A stretch of DNA of 64,000 nucleotides, taken from assembly GCA_964187785.1 (NCBI GenBank), contig OZ076409.1, positions 12,774,001-12,838,000 on the forward strand, given 5' to 3'. The position numbers were made by a program, and so were the translations under genes. How positions within the stretch are numbered: position 1 is the first letter of the stretch; every line of letters begins with the position of its first letter. This document shows, one piece after another, positions 51,313-64,000 of the stretch. The notes below the pieces were generated by a model, which saw only the letters and a program-made list of their open reading frames with translations, made no database searches and had not been told where the DNA came from. Origin of the DNA: Amphiscolops sp. MND2022. Taxonomy: Eukaryota.

Positions 51313-52431
51313 TCCAATCTTTCTGCTTGGACGTTAGGATCTCAAAAAATTATTGAACGGTAATTGACATCAATGATTTTCAGCCATTTTGAAAGTGTAT
51401 AGAAACCCTGTAGCATTGGGGCTTGATTCTAGCACCAAGTTGATTGTCCATTAGCAGATAGCTTCGAAGGCCCAACTCAGTATGCTGTCGTCTGGGCTCT
51501 CTTCCCAGAACGGCATCGCTGCTGAAGGGCTCCAAGGATGGTCACTCTCCGCACCGATTTGGTACGGAGTAAGCGTTTTCGTGTTTGAAAAATGTAAAGA
51601 GAGGCGACCTCCCCTTGAAGTTTTTTTCCAGGATTGAAAAAACTTGTACTCTGAATCGGGCACTGCGTACGTTGTCCAAACTTTTGCATTAAATGAATGG
51701 TAAAAATGGAAAAACAACCATTCTTGGTTTCTTTCAGGTTAAATACCGCCTTATGCCGCTGATTGACACCCTATCAATGTCGTATTGATTCCTTTTCATT
51801 GTTGATACTTCCTTAGCCATTTCATGTTATTGATTATGCAATTTATTTTATGATAACTGTTTTATTAGATAAAGATTCCTTGAGATTGACACGCTATCAG
51901 TGTCGTATCTGATCACCTCTGTTGTTACTACTCCGTGCGTCATTTCATGTTTATGATAATTTGCAACTTTTTGAAGCAACCTTTAGTATTAATAATAATG
52001 CAATCACAATTAATAGCTTGCTCCGCTTATTGTTTTACTTTCACTCTTCGATTTAAATTTTCGAAAAAAAGTTTTTTCAACTTCTCGAATGTTTGTTTTC
52101 TTTTCTTCCACCTGTTTAACATTGTCCTTTTACTCCCACTTTTGACAGCTTTTTACCGGCGTTTTCAAAAACCGTTTGATCTCAATAATCTTTACAAAAA
52201 CATCTTTTTCCAACCAATGTTTTTACCCGAATGAACTTTGCTTTTTTCCCTTTCCGGAAAGATTTTCGGACAAATCTTCGAATGCAGACAGCCTTTTTTC
52301 ATTCGCGCTGTTATTCCACAATGAAGAACACTATCTGTTTTCTAGATCTTTTCTCGTAGCAGCTCGTGTATTACATCTTTTTTGACTGTCCGTTTGAGTT
52401 TCTACCCCTTCGATTTTTTAGATTCAGAAAA

Positions 52432-52680
52432 GTCAACTGACTCGAAGGTATTGCCTCTCCTGAATCGGTCACTTGGAGAATTAGAAACTGTGCACGATGT
52501 ACTGTTTTCGGCCCAGAGCTTCGTTTTGGAATGCAGTAATGGAAAGACCTACAGAAATGTCAACTGACTCGAAGGTACTGCCTCTCCTGAATCGGTCACT
52601 TGGAGAATTAGAAACTGTGCACGATGTACTGTTTTCGGCCCAGAGCTTCGTTTTGGAATGCAGTAATGGAAATACCTACA
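52432..52680 (+). repeat. 127-bp tandem duplication
   Basis: GTCAACTGACTCGAAGGTA at 52432 and 52559. Confidence 0.9.
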
Positions 52681-53809
52681 CAAGATCTTCCCAAGTTATT
52701 CGACGGCGAGGGGATTCTGCTCAATGCGATCGATCGTGTTCTTCTTCTCACTCGGGAATCAGTCATAAATTTTTCCACAGAACGGGATGACCTCGTTTCT
52801 AAAGTGAAATCTTCAGAGCGTTCCCGTGTTAACCACATAACGGCTCTTAGAAAATTAGCCATGAAGCGAGCTCTCAATCGAGTCGCAACGAAGACATCTA
52901 CTAACGTACCGAGAACTACTGCCTGCAATCAGATTGGAAAACATTAAATTCTGATCGCTCCCAAGCTTCCTGAAAAAAACTGAAAGGTAACACAAGTAGC
53001 ACTTATCCACTAGCATTGAAATTGTTCTCGGCATCACCAAAGCGTCCGAAATTAAAAAAGAAACAGTCACCGAACAAAAAATTGGTGTCCAACAACGGCG
53101 ACATGCGACGAAACAGAAGCTCCTTCAAAAAGAACATAGTAAGCAGAGAAATCCAGTCGAAGTCTCCTGCACATCTGCAATCGACAATAAGTCTTTAAAC
53201 TCTTTCGGTGGAAGCTCTCTTGATGAGGTTTTTGCAAATTTTCCTATAGAGGATGACGACCAGCAATTGATATCCTTTTCTCCTCATTGGCCTAGACAAA
53301 GCGCCCCGTTGAAAGCAGAAACGGTTTTGAATAATGCTGAGGATGTTTTGGATGTGGACCTCGTTGATGAATTGTTCAAGGACCCTCCTGCTGCAACTAA
53401 TCGTGGTAATTTTCTGTCCAGCCAATCATGCTCTGGTACCGGCGTCAACGAAGAGAAAAAAGGGAAAGAAGAAGAAGGATTCGGTCCCCAGTAACTTCCG
53501 CAAGTCGAAACGAGCTGTTGCTCTTGCCGGAGCAGTTTACAAAGATGATTTCCCGAGCGACAACGATTTTTGAGTTTAAATTTGTTTACTTTTGCATGAG
53601 CTAGTCTCAAGTTTTGGTCATATTATTCACTTCGCCTTTATTCGTTGTTTCCGAGCGACAACAATTTTTGAGTTTAAATTTGTTTACATTAGCTTGAGCT
53701 GATCTCAAACTTTGGTCACATTAATCTATTCTTATTTATGTTATGTTTGTTCGCAAGCTTGCTTAGATTCTTTGTTCCGGTTTCGAATGATTGATGATAG
53801 CAATGCTTC

Positions 53810-56800
53810 GCCTTTTCATTCAATACTTGTTTTTGCTAACCGAAACGTTACTGCTTTGTAGCCTTGTCGTGTTCTCTACTCCTTTCGAATTGTTTTCTGC
53901 TATGTTATCTTATTGAGCAGAGTCTTTTAATCTCTCGATTTCTTTTCAACTCTTCTATTCAATCTTATATAAACGTTCGAATTTGAATACCGTTTGCTCT
54001 CGTAATTTGTTTTGAATTCAACATCGTTCCCTGCTTCTTTCCTCTTGTCAATAAACTTAATCTTTCACGAATTTAGCGTTTAATATACTTTCGAGAGTAA
54101 AGTTTTCTGATTGCAATGAGACTAACTTCTTTAAAACTATTTCAGTTGAATGATTGTTCTACCTCACAAAGCTCTTCAGCTACTGACGGATGTTTCGAAA
54201 TCAAACGTCAACCAAGATGGTCAGCATTTTGAAAGTCTTGCATTTTTATTGGCTGTAAAACAGGACGCTCGATACATCGTTACTGATGTCGTATTACCTA
54301 CTCAGTCAGCCAGCGGTGCTTTTGTCGAAGATCATGGAATTGATGAACAGGACACAGCCGCATTTCTGCAATCACTATGCAGCCACGACCCCACGAACTC
54401 TGTTCTGGGATGGTTTCATACACATGTAAGAGGTACGCCTCTCATGCTCAGCGCTGTGGATTGTCACACTCAATTTCTCTATGAAACAACAGTTTTCTCT
54501 GGAATTAAAGCCTTTGTCCTACAAGTGCCAACTAATGCTCTTGATTGCTACGAGCTTACTGCACTTGGTAAAGAGTCCATACGCCTGTGCACACTACAGT
54601 TTCCTCACAAGGCGACCACCCAACATTTGGAATGTTTTCAGCCCACGTTTTATCAGTCGTTGAAACATATTTTGGTGAACGTCGATGCCCTAGTTCTTGT
54701 CATTGACGCTAGAAATGGTCAACCCTTCACCCAACCCGTGGGACTTTATGAAAAATTTTCCTATGGAAACGAACCGCTCACCACACAAACGTTTCCAGTA
54801 CTCAACGAGCTTTCTTTTAAATGTGATTCTTGTGGTAAGACTTTCGCCAATTTGGCAAACAAGCGGAAGCACCTCAATCGAACCAAGTGCATTGGAACAA
54901 TATCTTCAAATCCTGCTCTTGTTGAACTTGTGACTGATGTTCAGAATTTCTTGCAAAAAGCGTGCACAGGATGTTCCGTAAAGTTCCCGGATGAAAATGA
55001 AGCTTTGCAGCACTTTCCCGCACTTCTTGCAAAAAGTGGTACAAGAACATTCTGAATGAACGCAAGCGAGTAAAACAACGAGAATACTACAATTTCACTA
55101 GAAAAGTTAAAAACACGTCTGATTTCGTAGAAAAGATCTCACATAGAAACAGACTTTATTATCAGAAAAACCGAGCGAATCTTTCTGCTTCTAGAAAGCA
55201 GCAGTATGCATCTTTCATTGCCTCGAGGAGAAAAAAATTGTATACCAATTACTTTTGTCAAAAGTTGAAGATGAAGTATCGATCGGAGCTCAAGAAACCT
55301 TTAGCTGAGAAGTTCAAGCATTCTTTGAAAGAGCCACTGAAAAAAACCTACCGGGAAACATTAAAAGACATTATGAAGTTGAAATACCAAGGATTTCTGA
55401 AAGAAAAGTTGAAGAAGACATACCAGGTATCTCTAAAAGATAAGTTGAAGCAGTCTTACCAGGAATCTCTGAAAGATAAGTTGAAGAAGACTTACCGAGA
55501 ATCACTGAATGAAAAACTCAAGAAAAAATACGATACAAAATTGAAGGACGATTTGAAGGATAAGTACAAGTCGACTCTTCGGAATCAATTGAACGTCAAT
55601 TATCAAATGTCCCTGAAATATACCTCTGCGATGAAATATCAGCAGAACAAAGTAGTTTTAAAGGCCAAGTACATTCAGAAATTGAAGGAGACTCTCCGAA
55701 TAAAATACCAGGAATCCCTTAAAAACTTCGGCACGTGAAAATTATCAATTGAAAAAGTCCCAGAAGACTTTTCAATTTGTTTTAAACGAATTCCGACGAA
55801 GTTTGTGCTTGGGAATAACTTTCGACTGTATTTGCTGTGAACGTGTTCTTTTCGAGAACGGTGTTACGCAGTTGTCAGAAAAAACTCTCGCCAACCTGGA
55901 TGCGGATGTGATAACGAAAAGCATCAACCCACCTAATTTAGGGGGGGGGCAATTTTCATTTGCCACAGTTGCTATCAGTGTTTACGGAAAGGCGAGTTAC
56001 CCGGATTGTCCGCAATGAATAATCTGATGATCGAACCAATTCCAGATCAACTGAAACTTTCCGATTTCGAAATGCAACTAATTGCGGAAGACTTACTGTT
56101 CATGAAGGTTTTTAGTTTACTGAAATCGAGGATGCCAGCCATAAGAGATAAAGTTATTAACGTGCCTCTGACTAATGTAGACATCGATAGAACAACGAAG
56201 CTCCTTCCAAGGAGTGTAGACGATTCTCTGCTCGTTAATGTACAGCTAAAACGGAGCAAGGAGCTGAAAAATGACCATTCTCAAGCTTTCGTTCGTTCGA
56301 ACATGCTGATTGAGGCTTTAACTTACCTAAAGGCTAGTGGCAATCCAATCTACAGTGATGTCGTAGTTAATGAAAATATTCAAGTTACTGACGAATACGA
56401 GTCCCTGAACATCGATGTCCCAAACGAAGCTGATGAGAACAATGAAAACACTCCCCCTGTCGAGACAGATGTTGGTCTTGATACTTGCTTCATTCCCCAG
56501 AACTCGGCGGCTCATCTAATTTCGAATAATGGAACGCTTCACAAAGTACTCTCAGACACAATCGTTGTTGCTCCAGGAGAGAATAAGTTCCCGACCAATT
56601 GGTTATCTAACAAAGACTTCGAAGCTAAATCCTTCCCCTGCCTTTTCATTCAATACTTGTTTTTGCTAACCGAAACGTTACTGCTTTGTAGCCTTGTCGT
56701 GTTCTCTACTCCTCTCGAATTGTTTTCTGCTATGTTATCTTATTGAGCAGAGTCTTTTAATCTCTCGATTTCTTTTCAACTCTACTATCCAATCTTATTT

Positions 56801-59478
56801 AAACGTTCGAATTTGAAGACCGTTTGCTCTCGTAATTTGTTTTGAATTCAACATCGTTCCCTGCTTCTTTCCTCTTGTCAATAAACTTAATCTTTCACGA
56901 ATTTAGCGTTTAAAATACTTTCGTGAGTAAAGTTTTTTGATTGCAATGAGACTAACTTCTTTGAAACTTTTTCAGTTGAATGATTGTTCTACCTCACAAA
57001 GCGCTTCAGCTACTGACGGATGTTTCGAATTCAAACGTCAACCAAGATGGTCAGCATGTTGAAAGTCTTGCATTTTTATTGGCTGTAAAACAGGACGCTC
57101 GATACATCGTTCCTGATGTCGTATTACCTACCCAGTCAGCCAGCGGTGCTTTTGTCGAAGATCATGGAATTGATGAACAGGACACAGCCGCATTTCTGCA
57201 ATCACTATGTAGCCACGACCCCACGAAGTCTGTTTTGGGCTGGTTTCATACACATGTAAGAGGTACGCCTCTCATGCTCAGCGCTGTGGATTGTCACACT
57301 CAATTTCTCTATGAAACAACAGTTTTCTCTGGAATTAAAGCCTTTGTCCTACAAGTGCCAACTAATGCTCTTGATTGCTACGAGCTTACTGCACTTGGTA
57401 AAGAGTCCATACGCCTGTGCACACTACAGTTTCCTCACAAGGCGACCACCCAACTTTTGGAATGTTTTCAGCCCACGTTTTATCAGTCGTTGAAACATAT
57501 TTTGGTGAACGTCGATGCCCCAGTTCTTGTCATTGACGCTAGAAATAGTCAACCCTTCACCCAACCCGTAGGACTTTATGAAAAATTCTCCTATGGAAAT
57601 GAACCGCTCACCACACAAACGTTTCCAGTACTCAACGAGCTTTCTTTTAAATGTGATTCTTGTGGTAAGACTTTCGCCAATATGGCAAACAAGCGGAAGC
57701 ACCTCAATCGAACCAAGTGCATTGGAGCAATATCTTCAAATCCTGCTCTTGTTGAATCTGTGACTGATGTTCAGAATTTTTTGCAAAAAGCGTGCACAGG
57801 ATGTTCCGTAAAGTTCCCGGATGAAAATGATGCTTTGCAGCACTTTTCCCGCAGTTCTTGCAAAAAGTGGTACAAGAACATTCTGAATGAACGCAAGCGA
57901 GTAAAACAACGAGAATACTACAATTTCAATAGAAAAGTTAAAAACCCGTCCAATTTCGTAGAAAAGATATCTCATAGAAACAGACTTTATTACCAGAAAA
58001 ACCGGGCGAATCTTTCTGCTTCTAGAAAGCAGCAGTATGCATCTTTCATTGCCTCGAGGAGAAAAAAAATTGTATACCAATTACCTTTGTCAAAAGTTGA
58101 AGATTAAGTATCGATCGGAGCTCAAGAAACCTTTAGCTGAGAAGTACAAGCATTCTTTGAAAGAGCCGCTGAAAAAAACTTACCGGGAATCATTAAAAGA
58201 CATTATGAAGTTGAAATACCAAGGATTTCTGAAAGAAAAGTTGAAGAAGACATACCAGGAATCTCTAAAAGATAAGTTGAAGCAGACTTACCAGGAATCT
58301 GTGAAAGATAAGTTGAAGAAGACTTACCGAGAATCACTGAATGAAAAACTCAAGAAAAAATACGATACAAAATTGAAGAACGATTTGAAGGAAAAGTACA
58401 AGTCGACTCTTCGGAATCAATTGAAGGTCAAATATCAAATGTCCCTGAAATATACCTCTGCGATGAAATATCAGCAGAACAAAGAAGTTTTAGAGGCCAA
58501 GTACCTTCAGAAATTGAAAGAGACTCTCCGAATAAAATACCAGGAATCCCTAAAAACTTCGGCACGTGAAAATTATCATATGAAAAAGTCCCAAAAGACT
58601 TTTCAATTTGTTTTAAACGAATTCCGACGAAGTTTGTGCTTGGGAATAACTCTCGACTGTATTTGCTGTGAACGTGTTCTTTTCGAGAACAGTGTTACGC
58701 AGTTGTCAGAAAAAACTCTCGCCAATCTGGATGCGGATGTGATAACGAAAAGCATCAACCCACCTAATTTAGGGGGGCCAAATTTCATTTGCCACAGTTG
58801 CTATCAGTGTTTACGGGAAGGCGAGTTACCCGGATTGTCCGCAATGAATAATCTGATGATCGAACCAATTCCAGATCAACTGAAACTTTCCGATTTCGAA
58901 ATGCAACTAATTGCGAAAGACTTACTGTTCATGAAGGTTTTTAGTTTACCGAAATCGAGGATGCCAGCCATAAGAGATAAAGTTATTAACGTGCCTCTGA
59001 CTAATGTAGACATCGATAGAACAACGAAGCTCCTTCCAAGGAGTGTAGACGATTCTCTGCTCGTTAATGTACAGCTAAAACGGAGCAAGGAGCTGAAAAA
59101 TGACCATTCTCAAGCTTTCGTTCGTCCGAACATGCTGATTGAGGCTTTAACTTACCTAAAGGCTAGTGGCAATCCAATCTACAGTGATGTCGTAGTTAAT
59201 GAAAGTACTCAAGTTAATGACGAAAACGAGTCACCGAACATCGATGTCCCAAACGAAGCTGATGAAAACAATGAAAACACTCCCCCTGTCGAGACAGATG
59301 TTGGTCTTGATATTTGCTTCATTCCCCAGAACTCGGCGGCTCATCTAATTTCGAATAATGGAACGCTTCACAGAGTGCTCTCAGACACAATCGTTGTTGC
59401 TCCAGGAGAGAATAAGTTCCCGATCAATTGGTTATCTAACAAAGACTTCGAAGCTAAATCCTTCCCTTGCCTTTTTCA
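53810..59478 (+). repeat. 2830-bp tandem duplication of the Helitron 5' coding region
   Basis: ORF starts at 54150 and 56980; junction microhomology GCCTTTTCA near 56640. Confidence 0.95.
54150..56645 (+). pseudogene. Helitron polyprotein N-terminus, copy 1: JAMM/MPN+ domain, Zn fingers, Lys-rich repeats, DUF6570-like region (truncated)
   Basis: ESLAFL..LGWFHTH..LSAVDCHTQ; frameshifts near 55015, 55720 and 55945. Confidence 0.85.
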
Positions 59479-61400
59479 ATCAGGAAGAAACACCTTAAAT
59501 GAGAAACGTGTCAAACAAATCAGCAGTCAACAGTATTTCAACCAAAGAACAATGAACAAAAATATTCGATAAGCAAAAGACAGTGCCTATCTGTTTGCCG
59601 CCCAACAACGCGTAGAGAGAGAGCAACTGGAGCGTCAATGTGATGTGCTTTTCCGATAAGGTGAAACAGAACGTGTGGGATTTGATACAATCAAAGTGAG
59701 CCAAGATGACGTTCAAACTGTTTTCCAACGACTTCGTGGAACAAGCCAATATTGGAGGGTTGCGCGTAATGAACTACTTGCCAAAGTGAAACAACTGGGC
59801 CCTTTCCAATACTTTTTCACACTTTCTTGTGCTGAAATGAGGTGGCCTGAAGTTCTGGTGTCAATCCTGAAGTCTAATGGACACAGAATATCATCTGGAA
59901 TCACCTCTGTACCTGATGGTTTCAATTGTAATTTTTTGTCGATGATGAGCCCCTGGATCAATTTTTGGCCTCTAACCCAATAGAAAAAGCAACTCTTCTC
60001 CGAGAACATGTAGTACATGCAACTCGGATTTTCAATAGACGAGTCCAAATTTTCATCAAACAAATTGTAATGTCAAATTATGAAGGTTTTCTGCCAGTAA
60101 TGTTCTACACATACCGCGTTGAAGAGCAACTCAGAGGCATGGCGCATATCCATGGATGCTTGTGGTTGAAATCAGACTTTTTGCATCGTTGTAGTCAACT
60201 TACCGAATACCAAAATGTCGAAGAACTCATAGACAATTTCATAACATGCTCTTTACCAACTGAGGGCGATCACCTGAAACAGTAAAAGATGTCCAGACTC
60301 ATCATCATACGAAAACTTGTACAAAAAAATCAAGTTCATGCCGATTCGGGTTTCCGAATATTCCTGCTGAGAGAACATTAATTGCTCGACAGCCTGCTTC
60401 AAAAGATGATAAATTAGTTGCACATAGTCGCCAAATCCTGTTAAGAGCAAAAAAATTGCTGACGAGTCCCAATCTACCTACCAATTTCGACGACTTTTTC
60501 AAGCTGTTGAATGTTTCTAGTGAGGAATATCATTCCGCCCTCAGTGTTTCATCGAAAGGCAACTTTGTAAATCTGAAACGAAGTTTCGACGAGTTGTTCA
60601 TAAACAACTACAACCGCCACTGGCTCGAACCGTGGAATGCAAACATGGATCTTCAGTACTGTTGTGACACCTACGCCGTTGTGACTTATATATGTGACTA
60701 TTACTCTAAAGATGAGATTGGAGTGACCGATGTTTTCAAACAAGTCGTCAAACAACAAGCTGACCAACGGAAATCAGTCCATGACATGCTCAGACTTTTG
60801 AAGGTTGTATACCTCACCCACTGACAAATCGGAGCTTGCGAAGCAACCTATCGGCTTTTGCCAAGTTTGCATTTGAAAGACTCTAATATCACTTCAGTGT
60901 TCCTGACAACAGGGTTCCCGGAAAATCGGTAAAAATTTTTGAAGTGGATAGAAGATCAAGACACACAGCAAGACACAGTTGAAATAGAAAGTCGTGAGGG
61001 AAAATACGTGTGGACAATGACCGTTCATGAAAAATACAGCAAGCGACCGAGCTCTCTCGATGACATTTGCTTAGCAGAATTTGTTATCAACTACACTTCC
61101 GCGCCGAGAGACGCTTCGGAAACAAACAACGATGAGTGCAAAACTAAACGATCATTGCCGAGTAAAGTGACACTAGAAGACAATGGCGGAAAATGCGCCT
61201 GAGAGAAGTACCATGTGTCCTGCGCCTTCATGAATCAAGAAAAAAACTGAAAATCACGAATTCATATATTCAGAGTGTTTGTTGTACCTGCCCTGGAAAA
61301 ATGAAGAAGAGTTACATCGTCATTCATCTGAAGCATCAATTAAACTATACCAAGACAAAAGAAAAATAATTAACAAGAACAAACTAAAAATTTTTCCTCT
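56980..61400 (+). pseudogene. Helitron polyprotein copy 2: JAMM - Zn fingers - 12-aa repeats - DUF6570-like - Helitron N - HUH Rep
   Basis: CICCER/CHSC, LIAK..FMK..VINVP..LPR..QLKR, RGTSQYW..KQLGP..FFTLSCAEMRW, YRVEEQLRGMAHIHGCLW, QTHHHTKTC..CRFGFP, INNYN..W.ANMDLQ, YICDYYSK; several stops and frameshifts. Confidence 0.92.
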
Positions 61401-61440
61401 AACACGAGAAAATGACTTGATCGATGAGTGCTAAACTTCT

Positions 61441-63170
61441 ATGAACTCTTCTAGGTATCGAACTCAGCATGTTGGTGTTTCTCTTGATGCTCAAGGAGAA
61501 CAAATGAATGAGGACGACGATGACGAGTTGTGCACGCCTGCCTTCAGCGCGCGACATCCTGGAACATCTGCTGAAGGTAATGAATTTGTGTCACGCGGGG
61601 TTCTCCCGACCATCATAGTTTTGCAACCTATTGAAGTTAAGGAATCAATCCGGACACTTCATGTAGAACAACGACTCGTTTTTGATGTCGTTTTGAATTT
61701 TCTCATCAATTTCTCCGCGGTTGAAATCCCTCGCCTCCGCTCGTTATTGTTCAAGGAGAAGCAGGAAGCGGTAAAACGAAGTTAATCAACTCAGTAATGA
61801 ACTACGTCTCCTCTGTTTTTCTTGCTGGTGGCTCCCAAGTGGACAAACCAAAGGCTTTGGTCGTCGCTCCAACTGGGATGGCAGCTTCTCTTGTGATCAG
61901 CAATACCTTACATTCGACGTTTCAACTAAATTTTGGAGATGAGTTGGTCAACCTTGCAGACAATACACTTGGTAATCTCCGCAACTCCTTAGAAGGCCTT
62001 GCTTTGTTAATTGTCGATGAAATGAGTATGATTCGCGCTGATTTAATAAATCAGCTCCACGAAAGGCTTCAACAGATCAAACAGAATGATCGATTGTTCG
62101 GCGGTGTTTCCATTCTTCTGTTTGGCGATCTTCTACAATTGAAACCGGTCCGTGGTCGATACATTTTTCAACAGCCTCGGTGTCAGAAGTATGCCGATTT
62201 TTACGAGTTTTGCAATCTTTGGACCAAGTTTCTATCGGTCGTGCTCAAAGCTAATCATCGGTCAGTACATATTCCTTTTTTTTCACATAATTTATGTTGT
62301 ATCTTGTTCAATCCTGTGTTTTGAGTCAAAAAGGTGATGACAAATGGTTACTGACATTGCAACATGTTAGAACTGCAACCTTGTCGGATGATGACGTCAC
62401 GTTTCTTTCGTCCTTGCAGCTTTCAGAAAGTGATCCGCGATTGCCAGCCGACGCAACACGTATTTTTTACACAAATGCGGAAGTAGACGCCTACAATGAT
62501 GAGAAACTCAGCAACATATCTGGTGAGATATTTGTCTCCAAGTCCGTCATTTCTTCTCCGGTAGGATGTCGCCCAAAAATACTCAACGGAAGGGTTGATG
62601 ACACAGCTTTCGCCGAGTCAGTTTGTTTGAAGGTTGGATGCAGGGTAATGCTGGTGTACAATGTGGACGTAAAAGATGGTTTGACCAACGGCCAACTTGG
62701 TGTAATTGCGGGAATAAATACATCTGATGCCTCTCAAATTGATTGCGTTTTTGTGAATTTCGACAATGAGAATGTCGGGGAATCCCTGAGGAAACAATAT
62801 TCACAATTCCACCGAATGTATCCTGGAGCTGTTCCAATTTCAAGTGTTTTGTCTCATACCAGCTGAGAGGAAAAAATCAACATGGTGCCCGCTCGCATCT
62901 TCTACAATTACCTCTTCGATTAGCTTGGGCTTTAACATGCCATAAAGTCCAAGGGCAAACATTTCCTGACGGACACAAAGTAATCATAAAGTGGGACAGA
63001 TGTCTACAATCAGGAATGGCCTACGTCATGCTCAGTAGATCCAGAAATTCAAAAGACATAGCAATAACCGGTCAGTTCAACCCAAGCCAAATCAGGTGCA
63101 ACTCAGAATCCAAGCTCATGTGCGACTTCCTCGCACTGCCTGAAAGATCCCCAACTTCAACAGCCAATAA
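61441..63170 (+). pseudogene. Helitron Pif1-family SF1 helicase with a 65-nt intron (62261-62325)
   Basis: QGEAGSGK, APTGMAA, IVDEMSMI, FGGVSILLFGDLLQLKPV, NHR|QKGD, LKVGCRVML..N..DGLTNG, QLPLRLAWALTCHKVQGQT, AYVMLSR. Confidence 0.93.
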
Positions 63171-63774
63171 TTTCATGATGACACAAAATCTCACCCTGTG
63201 CTGTCTCAACATCCAATCGTTGAATGCAAATCTTGCGGACCTACTAGCAGATGACCCTGTTTTATCGGCTGATATTCTGATTTTTTCTGAAACTTATCTT
63301 GGAAGTGGGTTTCCAGTTCCTCAAATTCATCCCAAATTTTTACTAGACGAGCACATTAAAGATGGAAGAGGTCGTGGTTTGAGCATATATTCTTGCGATA
63401 ATAACACGCATTTTCAACTTCATCAGTCTTTGATCAAGTTTAGTTTACCGGTTCTCGGTTTTTCAGTAATCGGACTTTATCGAACACATCAGACTTCAGT
63501 GTTGACATTCGTGGACAACCTTATGAATTGTATAACAGCCGAAACTGCCCTGATAATGGGAGACTTCAACTTTTCTGATCCATCCCGCATTGAAGATTTA
63601 CTCATGAACCTAGGCTTTCGGCAAGTCGTTTCTTCACCTACGCATCAAGCAGGGAATAAACTTGATCTTTGTTTCGTTCGTTTCCTTGATATATCATTTT
63701 TCATCCATCCTTGTTATTACTCCCATCATGACTGCCTTTGCACTACTGTAAACAACATGAAGTCTTCGCCTTGA
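63171..63774 (+). CDS. Helentron C-terminal AP-like (EEP) endonuclease domain, in frame with the helicase end
   Basis: CLNIQSL, IFSET, GRGLSIY, GLYR, MGDFN, PTH..GNKLDL, YYSHHD. Confidence 0.88.
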
Positions 63775-64000
63775 TTTGTTTCTTTTATTAACAACTGAGA
63801 TTCAACATTTGATTTGTCTAGGATTTGTTCAATTTACAATATGCCGATACTTTTCTTTTTACTCACTTCTCTGTAGAGTTAACTTGAGTTGAGAATATCG
63901 AATAAAAGTTTGTAATCGATTGAAGTTGGCTTCTACTGAAGATTAACGATTCAAGTAAAGTATACTCGCATATGAAGACTAAAAAGTTTTGATCCATGTT

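Larger units (their letters stand above)
52380..63900 (+). mobile_element. Helentron-type (endonuclease-encoding) Helitron, decayed; termini not located
   Basis: DUF6570-like region, Helitron N region, HUH Rep, Pif1 helicase and C-terminal AP endonuclease in canonical order. Confidence 0.92.

Noticed and set aside
54150..55055. JAMM ORF as the host STAMBP/AMSH gene
   Set aside because: No N-terminal MIT/USP8 domain, no introns within the domain, and it continues in frame into Helitron domains.

Overview
AT-rich eukaryotic, almost certainly invertebrate animal, genomic DNA made up mostly of mobile elements; the species cannot be identified from the sequence. From left to right: (1) an intact CR1/L2-group LINE on the minus strand, whose ORF1 and ORF2 share a frame and are separated only by a UAG in a readthrough-type context. 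(2) A three-exon host gene for the B3GNTL1/QTGAL glycosyltransferase. (3) A complete but decayed Polinton/Maverick (adintovirus-like) element at 10844-38191, with TIRs, a 6-bp CCCAAA TSD and remnants of protease, minor capsid, ATPase, integrase, major capsid and pPolB genes; its empty target site survives in two paralogous copies downstream. It is invaded by several TIR MITE families sharing hairpin-rich cores and by a non-autonomous BEL/Pao LTR element. (4) Copia, EnSpm-like, LTR and LINE debris with tandem duplications. (5) A ~280-nt strongly base-paired element. (6) A decayed Helentron-type Helitron (Rep, Pif1 helicase, AP endonuclease) whose polyprotein starts with an AMSH/STAMBP-like JAMM deubiquitinase domain. 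All calls come from manual reading and motif recognition; no searches were run.
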